From: Fibrobacter succinogenes subsp. succinogenes S85
GTDB taxonomy: Bacteria > Fibrobacterota > Fibrobacteria > Fibrobacterales > Fibrobacteraceae
Direction of reading: 5' to 3'
Assembly: GCF_000146505.1 (NCBI RefSeq)
Contig: NC_017448.1
Span: 2,310,001 to 2,342,000 of the forward strand
DNA: 32,000 nucleotides
Every line of letters starts with the position of its first letter. Positions within the stretch are counted from its first letter, which is position 1. The position numbers and the translations under genes are program-made. Below are positions 25,417-32,000 of this stretch, one piece after another. The notes under the pieces are model-generated. The model was not told the origin of the DNA, ran no database searches, and saw only the letters and a list, made by a program, of their open reading frames with translations.

Positions 25417-26388
25417 ATGCCGACGAACGCAATCAACTTCCCCAAAAATTTCCAGAACGCAGATAGTTTCGCTCGTTTCGCCAAGGTCTCGCCCTTGGTG
25501 GTTAACTGGCACGCTCTGGAGCATTGCAACTATAAGTGCTCTTTCTGCTACAGCGACTGGAACAGCCGTGATGAAGCTTGGAACACCCCCGAAAACGTCC
25601 GCAAGGTGATCGAGAATATCGCCCGTTTCCATGCCGATTATTTTGGCGCAGATGCAGCTCCCTGGCGCTTGAGCGTTGTGGGCGGCGAACCCATCCTCTT
25701 CCCGAAAAAGGCGCAGTTCATGGTCAAAACGGCTGTTGCGTGTGGTGCCGAGGTCTCGATAATCACGAATGGCAGTCACCTTGAGAACGCATTGCCCTTT
25801 GCACACCTCCTTTCCCAGGTGGGTATTTCGCTCGATTCCTTTGTTCATGAAACCAACTTGAAGATTGGCCGCCAGTGCAATGGTCACACGCTCTCCTTTG
25901 AAGAGATTTCGGATAAGATTGCTGCACTCCGTGCCGTTAATCCGAACGTCCGCGTGAAGGTGAACACTGTCGTCAACCAGAATAACTTCGGTGAAGTCCT
26001 TGTTGACAAGGTGGCAGCACTCGGTGCAACTAAGTACAAAATTTTGCGCCAGATGCCGTTTGGTGGCAACAAGGGTATTACGGACGATGAATTCCATGTG
26101 TTTATCCGTAACAATTACCGCGAGGACCTTTTCGGTCACGACGATGGTAAGCGTCACATCTTCATCGAGGATAATTCCGTGATGACGCAGAGCTATTTGA
26201 TGATTGCTCCGAACGGTTGCTTGTTCCAGAACGGTGGCGCGGAATACCGTTACAGCCGCCCTCTCATGGAAACCCCGTTTGAAGAGGCTCTGAAAGACAT
26301 CAACTTCTCTGCCGAAAAGTTCTTTAGCCGTTACACATCTACGGCGACGGACGCGATCCTCGCCCGTATGCATGAATGTGCTGCATAA
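25417..26388 (+). CDS. Prokaryotic viperin homologue (pVip, radical-SAM nucleotide dehydratase family)
   Basis: VNWHALEHCNYKCSFCY aligns with viperin VNYHFTRQCNYKCGFCFH. Other pairs (this protein / viperin) are VVGGEPIL / FSGGEPFL, VSIITNGSHL / VSIVSNGSLI, GISLDSF..TNLKIGRQ / AISCDSF..VNVLIGRG, VKVNTVVNQNN / FKINSVINRFN and QSYLMIAP / DSYLILDE. The start is set at the ATG at 25417. Confidence 0.9.
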   Translation: MPTNAINFPKNFQNADSFARFAKVSPLVVNWHALEHCNYKCSFCYSDWNSRDEAWNTPENVRKVIENIARFHADYFGADAAPWRLSVVGGEPILFPKKAQFMVKTAVACGAEVSIITNGSHLENALPFAHLLSQVGISLDSFVHETNLKIGRQCNGHTLSFEEISDKIAALRAVNPNVRVKVNTVVNQNNFGEVLVDKVAALGATKYKILRQMPFGGNKGITDDEFHVFIRNNYREDLFGHDDGKRHIFIEDNSVMTQSYLMIAPNGCLFQNGGAEYRYSRPLMETPFEEALKDINFSAEKFFSRYTSTATDAILARMHECAA

Positions 26389-26689
26389 ATTCACTCATCT
26401 TTCACTTCAAACAAAGGAGAATAACTTTATGTTCATTCTGATTTCAATTATCCTCGCAAAAATCCTCTAAGGCGCAAGCCACGCCCGGCTCGGAGGCGTA
26501 AAACCTGAGCCGTGTGGAGCCTACGGTATAAGGCCAACTTTTATCTCACATAGGTTCCCCGAGCCTTTAAAATCGGGGGTTCATAGACCTTAGGCGACGA
26601 GGTGTCGCTGAGGTCACAGTGGTCACAACGCTCGAGGCTGGGATGTTCCCAGTGTCGGTAATGCCGCATGGCAAAAGGAGATAAAAGTT

Positions 26690-27427
26690 ATGACGACGAT
26701 TACAACAAATTCCAAAATCGAATCCCTCATTGAATCCGCACGCAAGCATGGCGATAGCGCCTCAATCAATGCTCTTTATGAGCTTTACGAGGAAAAGTTC
26801 AAGTCTGCTGCGATGTATCATTTCAAACGTATTCCTTTCAACTTCGATGTGGCGCGACTCCCGAACAGTCGCTATAAACAGGACTTGATCATCAGTGCTG
26901 CTTACGATGCCTTTGTGAAGACGTACAAGACTTACGACGGCTCGCGTGGTGCCAGTTTTGTGACTTTGCTTAACAGGAACATTGAATGGCTCTTCAAGGA
27001 TCTGCAAAAAGAAAACGCTAAGGAAAGCAAGCGTTGGAAGAACAGTACTGACGCTATATACAGCAAGCGCAAGCAGGACTATACTGACGACCTTGAAAAT
27101 GTTTCCTGCAGTTCTCGCGATGCCTACGATACCTGCGACACCGACATGGTCAATGAAGTTCTGAGCACGATGCAGGGCGCAGCCCGCAAGAATGCCGAGG
27201 CTCTGTACCGCATCTTTTCTGAAGAAGGTGCTGATAAGCAGTGCTCCGCAGCAGACCGTCTCGGGATTTCGCGCCAGGCAATCAACAAAAGTTTCAAGTC
27301 GTACAGGGAATATGGCCCCAAGGCGATTCGCGACAGAGTCCTCGAAACGTTGAGGGAAAAAGCGTCCCAACGTGTAGTCGGGACAAAGACCACGAATTGC
27401 AATGTTTTTAAAGACGAATCTAAGTAG
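26690..27427 (+). CDS. Divergent sigma-70-family (ECF-like) protein
   Basis: AAAGGAGA RBS. The region-2-like segment is ALYELYEEKFKSAAMYHF...ISAAYDAFVKTYKTYDGSRGASFVTLLNRNIEWLFKDLQKE. The region-4 HTH is SAADRLGISRQAINKSF. Confidence 0.65.
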   Translation: MTTITTNSKIESLIESARKHGDSASINALYELYEEKFKSAAMYHFKRIPFNFDVARLPNSRYKQDLIISAAYDAFVKTYKTYDGSRGASFVTLLNRNIEWLFKDLQKENAKESKRWKNSTDAIYSKRKQDYTDDLENVSCSSRDAYDTCDTDMVNEVLSTMQGAARKNAEALYRIFSEEGADKQCSAADRLGISRQAINKSFKSYREYGPKAIRDRVLETLREKASQRVVGTKTTNCNVFKDESK

Positions 27428-27455
27428 GTCGTAACAAACAAAAAAGGAGTCTATT

Positions 27456-29450
27456 ATGACACAGTTCAAAAATCTTGCCGCATTCACGCTTTTCGCAGTT
27501 TCGTTGTTAGCCTCGGTTGTCAGCGCCGCCGGATCCAATTTGTTTGAATTCAAATCGGCGAATGTGCCGCCTGGTTCCATGGCCATTGAATACTATGGCG
27601 CCCTTTCGGGAATTTATCAGGGTAAAGACAACCTTTTCTTTAAGGGTGCCGACACGGTGCATGTGTATTTCGTTGGCGAACTTCGCGACAGCAAAATGGT
27701 CAATGGCGCTGCCGAAATCAAGGACGAGGAACGTCATGTCTCTTACACCGGGAACATTGTGAACGGCGTTATGCAAGACGACCATGCCGAAGCAACAAGA
27801 GTAAAGTCCAAAAAGTCCATGGAGTTCTTTAGCGGTAGTTTTAACGGCTACGAGTTCGACTCCTGCTTTTACGCCAATAGCGGAACTTCGGAACGGTATA
27901 TCGGAAAAATGTCCAACGGCAAATTCAATGACGTCAGTGCCTCTTACGTTGGCCCGCTGTACAGGATTTACAATGGGGATTTTTCCTCCTATGCCATCCA
28001 GAGCGACTTCTTTGATTTCTCGCCTGTGAATTTCAGTCGCAAGGACATGGCGACATTCCAGGGTGCCATGCGTGACGGCCGCATCGCGGACTTCGGGAGC
28101 CTTTCTGTTGTTCACAAAGGCGACACTCTGCACTATACAGGTGATTTTGAAAATGCCCAAGTAAATGGTGTCGGTACTGTAAAGGTGGGCGATTTGTATT
28201 CGTATGTTGGGCATTTCGCAAAGGGGCTGATTGCGGGGCTTGGCGAAATCACGTCGGATCATTTTTCTCGCCTGTTCACCGAAAGCGAACATGTACCTGC
28301 AGGGACTATTTCCATCAAGGGAATCTGGGCAGGGATTTCTGGACTCGGCACGTATTTCCGCGTGACGGACGAGGACGGTGCAAATGTCAAGCTCAAAATG
28401 AACGACGGAACCATCGAAGAGTTGAGCAGTCTGCAGCGTTTCAGAAACTGGGTTAGCGAAACAGGCGTTTCCGAGTGGATCGTGTCGCACAGAAGCGAAA
28501 TCGACAAAGTCATTACCGGGGCGGCCTTTGTAGATGCAGGTGTTTGCGCAAGCCTCCTGATCTTCCCGGCTTCGGCTCCGGTGACAGGCCCAATCTGTGG
28601 TGGAGGTTTCTTTACCATAGTGGGTACAGAGGCTGTGCTTCAGTTGATCTTGACGTTTGATGCCATCAACGAACAATGCTATACCGAAGATTGCGTCGAA
28701 GACTTGTGGAAAAACTTTGGCAAGGAACAGCTCTTCAATGCCGGATTGATTCTGTTGCCTCCGGTAATTGCACGAGCAGGCAAGGCGGTTGCGCCTACTC
28801 TCAAGTCGTATTTGGCTACGGTCAAGGAGTTTGGCTATACAAGGGCTATTGCGATGAGCAAGAACGCGCAGGCCGTGAAAGAGCTTGAAATGCTCCCGGA
28901 AATCAGCCTCCCTCGTGTCAGGGAAATCGATGTCCTCAACGACAGACTCGCCTTTAAGCAGGCCGTTGTCGACTACACCGGCAAGAGTTTTAGGGATGGC
29001 TTTGTGGAATTCTTTGTCCGTCTGAAAAAGTCCGGACAGGAAAATCTGATCAAGGACATTTGGAAAAGCCACAAGGATTTCATCAAGAACAGTGGAATCC
29101 GTGCCGGTGGTGAACACGAATGGCTCGAGGCGGATCGTTTCGTTGATTACCTGCTGAATCCGAAGTGGGGGAGTGATGGCGCTTACCTTGCCTACATACT
29201 CCCTAGAATGACGCAAAGGACAACGGGCGTAAAATTTGCCAATGGCGGCGCGCACACGATTGTTGACGAAACCGGGCGCAAAATTCCTGGGCCGAACAGC
29301 GGAAGTTTCCATAAGACTCTTGGTGAAACTATCGGGAGCTGCAATACCGCAAGCTGCGTGTTCGGCAAGATGAAAAGTTTTGCCTCGCGCGAGTTGACCT
29401 CGTCTTCGTACAAGGAATACCTCGCCATGGAACGTGCCGTTTTAGAGTAA
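27456..29450 (+). CDS. Membrane protein: signal peptide, MORN-like repeats, approx. 3 TM segments, then an unknown approx. 220-aa C-terminal domain
   Basis: AAAGGAG RBS. Signal peptide ...LLASVVSAAGS. Repeated YxGxxxxG units include YTGNIVNGV, YIGKMSNGKF, YTGDFENAQVNGVG and YVGHFAKGLIAGLG. Hydrophobic stretches cover residues approx. 352-402 and 426-440. The C-terminal domain carries GGEHEW, NGGAHT and SFHK. Confidence 0.8.
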   Translation: MTQFKNLAAFTLFAVSLLASVVSAAGSNLFEFKSANVPPGSMAIEYYGALSGIYQGKDNLFFKGADTVHVYFVGELRDSKMVNGAAEIKDEERHVSYTGNIVNGVMQDDHAEATRVKSKKSMEFFSGSFNGYEFDSCFYANSGTSERYIGKMSNGKFNDVSASYVGPLYRIYNGDFSSYAIQSDFFDFSPVNFSRKDMATFQGAMRDGRIADFGSLSVVHKGDTLHYTGDFENAQVNGVGTVKVGDLYSYVGHFAKGLIAGLGEITSDHFSRLFTESEHVPAGTISIKGIWAGISGLGTYFRVTDEDGANVKLKMNDGTIEELSSLQRFRNWVSETGVSEWIVSHRSEIDKVITGAAFVDAGVCASLLIFPASAPVTGPICGGGFFTIVGTEAVLQLILTFDAINEQCYTEDCVEDLWKNFGKEQLFNAGLILLPPVIARAGKAVAPTLKSYLATVKEFGYTRAIAMSKNAQAVKELEMLPEISLPRVREIDVLNDRLAFKQAVVDYTGKSFRDGFVEFFVRLKKSGQENLIKDIWKSHKDFIKNSGIRAGGEHEWLEADRFVDYLLNPKWGSDGAYLAYILPRMTQRTTGVKFANGGAHTIVDETGRKIPGPNSGSFHKTLGETIGSCNTASCVFGKMKSFASRELTSSSYKEYLAMERAVLE

Positions 29451-29477
29451 CACTCAATTTTTAAAAGGAGATAAAAA

Positions 29478-30164
29478 ATGCAGAATTTCAAGAATTACCG
29501 TAAATACGAAATTAGCAGCAGGCTTGGTGACAACCTTCCGCTTGACGTGATGATTGTGGGCGCTACAGGTGCTGGCAAGTCGTCGCTCGTCAATGCCCTT
29601 TGTGGCGGAGCGGTTGCATGCGTGGGCGAGGGCGTGGACCCCGAAACCATGGATATCACTCGCTATGCGCTCAACAACCATTTTTGCGTGTGGGATACGC
29701 CTGGGCTTGGCGACAGTGCCGTTGCGGATGCTAGCCATAAACGCAATATTGTCAAACATCTGCTGAAGACATACGAAAATGGCGGAGCGCGTTACCGTTT
29801 CATGGACCTTGTCCTTGTGGTGCTCGAGGGCGGCATTCGTGACATGGGCTCGTGCTACTCGCTTTTGAACGAAGTCGTTGTCCCGAACATTGACCGCGAA
29901 CGCATCGTTGTGGCTATCAACCAGGCCGATATCGCCATGAAGGGGACGCATTGGGATTCTTGGCGCAACAAGCCCGATGCGGTGCTTGACTCGTTCCTGC
30001 GCGACAAGGCCGAATCGGTCAGGCGGCGCGTTTACGAAGCGACAGGTGTTTCTATCCGTACGCCGGTGTGCTTCTCGGCTGGAACTGGCTACAACATGGA
30101 TGCCGTGGTCGATGCCTTGATTGAGCAGATCCCGCGCTACCGCCCAGCCGTGCGCCATGCATGA
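29478..30164 (+). CDS. P-loop GTPase, YfjP/YeeP (MMR_HSR1)-like, paralogue 1
   Basis: G1 is GATGAGKSS, G3 is WDTPGLGD, and G4 is the variant NQADI. AAAGGAGA RBS. Confidence 0.85.
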   Translation: MQNFKNYRKYEISSRLGDNLPLDVMIVGATGAGKSSLVNALCGGAVACVGEGVDPETMDITRYALNNHFCVWDTPGLGDSAVADASHKRNIVKHLLKTYENGGARYRFMDLVLVVLEGGIRDMGSCYSLLNEVVVPNIDRERIVVAINQADIAMKGTHWDSWRNKPDAVLDSFLRDKAESVRRRVYEATGVSIRTPVCFSAGTGYNMDAVVDALIEQIPRYRPAVRHA

Positions 30165-30179
30165 AGTTGAAAAAAATGG

Positions 30180-30210
30180 TTGACACTTTCACCGCAAAAG
30201 CAGATGTAAT
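30180..30210 (+). promoter_or_regulatory. Putative promoter (A-tract, GGTTGACA, 19 nt, TGTAAT)
   Basis: ttgaca at 30180-30185 and tgtaat at 30205-30210, with gaaaaaaat upstream. Confidence 0.45.
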
Positions 30211-30249
30211 AGACAAAAGAATTCAACAAGGTTCATAAGGAGAACTAAA

Positions 30250-31266
30250 ATGACTTACAATACGAACAACATGGAATTTGTTACCAAGATGGAACACGAT
30301 ATCGAAGCCTCTGGCCTCCCGGATGCAGTCAAGCACAAGCTTCTTGCCAACTTGCTGCTCCTCAAGAGCAAGAAGGTGAACCTCCTCATCACGGGTGCCA
30401 CGGGCTGTGGCAAGAGTTCAACCATCAACGCGCTCTTTAATGCCGACGTGTCGAAGGTGGGTGTAGGTGTGGACCCCGAAACCATGGAAATCGAGAAGTA
30501 CGAACTCGGCAACCTCGTTTTGTGGGATAGCCCGGGGCTTGGCGACGGCAAGGAAGCCGACAACCGTCACGCGAAAAACCTCACCGCGAAACTCCTCGAA
30601 CGCGACGCCGATGGCAATCCGCTGATTGACCTCGTGCTGGTGATTCTCGACGGCAGCTCCCGCGACATGGGTACTTCCTTCGAGCTTATCAGCAACGTGA
30701 TTGTCCCGAACCTCGGCGAAGACAAGTCCCGCATTCTGGTAGCGATCAACCAGGCCGACATGGCCATGAAGGGTCGCGGCTGGGACCGCGTGAACAACAG
30801 GCCCGAACCCGCTTTGGAGCAGTTCTTGCAGGAGAAGGTGGAATCCGTTAGGCGCCGCATCAAGGAAAGTACGGGTGTTGATGTGGAACCCATCTACTAT
30901 AGCGCAGGCTACAAGGATGGTGATGCTCCGCAGAGACCCTACAACTTGACCAAGCTCCTGTACCAGATTGTCCACTACACGCCCAAGGAAAAGCGCACGA
31001 TTTACGCGAACAACATCAACCGCGACCGTGAAATGTGGAAGGACGACGACGAACTCAAGGACTACCGCAACAGCATTCTGGACGATATTGTTGAATCGAT
31101 TTCGGACTGTGCTGAGACCGGGGCCGAGATTGGCGAAAGTCTGGGTGGCCTTTTTGGTAGCGCAGGCCGTACTGTGGGCCGTGTTGCAGGCCGCGTTGTC
31201 GGTGGCGCTTTCGGGGCGGTCAAGAGTATCGCGAAGTCCTTCTTCGGCGGACTCTTTGGCTGGTAA
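30250..31266 (+). CDS. P-loop GTPase, paralogue 2, with a C-terminal glycine-zipper / amphipathic tail
   Basis: GATGCGKSS, WDSPGLGD and NQADMAMKG. The core is clearly paralogous to 29478-30164. The tail is ...GAEIGESLGGLFGSAGRTVGRVAGRVVGGAFGAVKSIAKSFFGGLFGW. Confidence 0.85.
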   Translation: MTYNTNNMEFVTKMEHDIEASGLPDAVKHKLLANLLLLKSKKVNLLITGATGCGKSSTINALFNADVSKVGVGVDPETMEIEKYELGNLVLWDSPGLGDGKEADNRHAKNLTAKLLERDADGNPLIDLVLVILDGSSRDMGTSFELISNVIVPNLGEDKSRILVAINQADMAMKGRGWDRVNNRPEPALEQFLQEKVESVRRRIKESTGVDVEPIYYSAGYKDGDAPQRPYNLTKLLYQIVHYTPKEKRTIYANNINRDREMWKDDDELKDYRNSILDDIVESISDCAETGAEIGESLGGLFGSAGRTVGRVAGRVVGGAFGAVKSIAKSFFGGLFGW

Positions 31267-31319
31267 CGCCCCCACCTGCTCCTCATTAGCCACTTTGTGT
31301 GTCCCTTGTGTTGTGGCAG

Positions 31320-31565
31320 GGCGGTCCCGGTGAAAACCGGGGCCGTTTTTTATTTGGCAATTGAGGGCGCGGAGCCTAAAATTTCCCATTTTCACTCAAA
31401 AAAGTGTAAATTTAAGGTGTCCGGTCTGCATGGCCGGGTCGCAACTTGACATTTGATACAGACAACAAAAACGCCAATTTCGGGTGCGGCTGTTGCCAAC
31501 GGCCGCCTGGAACCCTTTATTTATGCAGGTTCCAGAGGGGTACTCCCTGAAAAGCATTCCTCTCG
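31320..31565. repeat. Non-coding repeat unit, copy 1
   Basis: Bases 31320-31466 match 31674-31820 at a 354-bp offset, with 5 mismatches in 147 nt counted by eye. Bases 31467-31565 recur at 31849-31869 and 31921-32000. Confidence 0.9.
31323..31351 (+). terminator. Rho-independent terminator (also the start of repeat copy 1)
   Basis: GGTCCCGGT-gaaa-ACCGGGGCC followed by GTTTTTT. Confidence 0.8.
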
Positions 31566-31593
31566 CAAGAGAGATCTTTTTTCAAAAAACAGG

Positions 31594-31624
31594 TTGACAC
31601 TTTTGTTGTCTTTGTCGATATATG
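31594..31624 (+). promoter_or_regulatory. Putative promoter (A-tract, GGTTGACA, 19 nt, TATATG) driving a short terminated transcript
   Basis: ttgaca at 31594-31599 and tatatg at 31619-31624. The 12 nt ggttgacacttt are identical to the promoter at 30178. Confidence 0.4.
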
Positions 31625-31673
31625 TTATGTCAGACGCTCGTTACGTTCGGCATAACATTTTACTCCTGAGGTT

Positions 31674-32000
31674 GGCGGTCCCGGTAAAAATCGGGGCCGT
31701 TTTTTATTTGGCAATTGAGAGCGCGGAGCCTAAAAATTCCCATTTTCACTCAAAAAAGTGTAAATTTAAGGTGTCCGGTCTGCATGGCCGGGTCGCAACT
31801 TGACATTTGTTACAGACAACATTCGTGTTACCATGCCGAAATTGAGCTAAAAACGCCAATTTTGGGTGCTTTTTAGGGTTTTGTAAAGAAAAATTAAAAT
31901 TCTATTAAGTGCTTTTGCGTGCAGTTGTTACCAACGGCCGCCTGGAACCCTTTATTTATGCAGGTTCCAGAGGGGTACTCCCTGAAAAGCATTACTCTCG
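31674..32000. repeat. Non-coding repeat unit, copy 2, with two insertions; truncated by the window end
   Basis: Collinear with copy 1. Extra segments sit at 31821-31848 and 31870-31920. Confidence 0.9.
31677..31705 (+). terminator. Rho-independent terminator (start of repeat copy 2)
   Basis: GGTCCCGG-taaaaa-TCGGGGCC followed by GTTTTTT. Confidence 0.75.

Noticed and set aside
31453-31803. A 116-aa ORF in the track.
   Set aside because: It runs through an intrinsic terminator, a promoter-like element and the non-coding repeat. It has no RBS and its start is arbitrary, so it is most likely non-coding.
15752-32000. Searched for an integrase, transposase, tRNA or flanking att direct repeats to define the island as a mobile element.
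   Set aside because: None is recognisable within the window and the right border is outside it. The region is therefore described as an accessory island and not annotated as a mobile element.

Overview
The window has two parts. Bases 1-15,750 look like core chromosome of a Fibrobacter-like fibrolytic bacterium. That organism call is an inference from gene content and style, not a search. This part holds a tightly packed operon of three outer-membrane beta-barrel-type paralogues, a lipoprotein and a GH18-like protein whose catalytic Glu is replaced. It also holds a GH9 endoglucanase, a PabB-PabC fusion, a DUF4874/DUF4832-like secreted protein, rpe, a Lys/Ala-rich CBM48 protein and lysA. Directly after the lysA terminator (about 15,750) and up to the window end, the content switches to an accessory island of stacked conflict-type modules. 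(i) An orphan Cas6-like RAMP protein with no CRISPR array, two mini-proteins, and two large divergent paralogues. The paralogues share a GIDE(S/K)G RNase-H-fold-like N-terminus, a helical body and an identical ...AAMILPFNYA C-terminus. (ii) An unknown acidic protein translationally coupled to a kinase / vWA / PP2C 'TerY-P triad'. (iii) A prokaryotic viperin homologue with a long structured leader. (iv) A divergent sigma-70-family protein, a MORN-like multi-pass membrane protein and two paralogous YfjP/YeeP-like GTPases, one with a glycine-zipper tail. (v) Tandem non-coding repeat units of 354-bp period, with a promoter and a short terminated transcript. Four island promoters share one unusual layout: A/T tract, GGTTG(A/T)C, exactly 19 nt, then a TAtAAT-like box. 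The best candidates for an undescribed system are module (i), especially the paralogue pair, and module (iv). No integrase, transposase, tRNA, rRNA or CRISPR array was seen. All homology statements rest on motif recognition by eye and need profile or structure searches.
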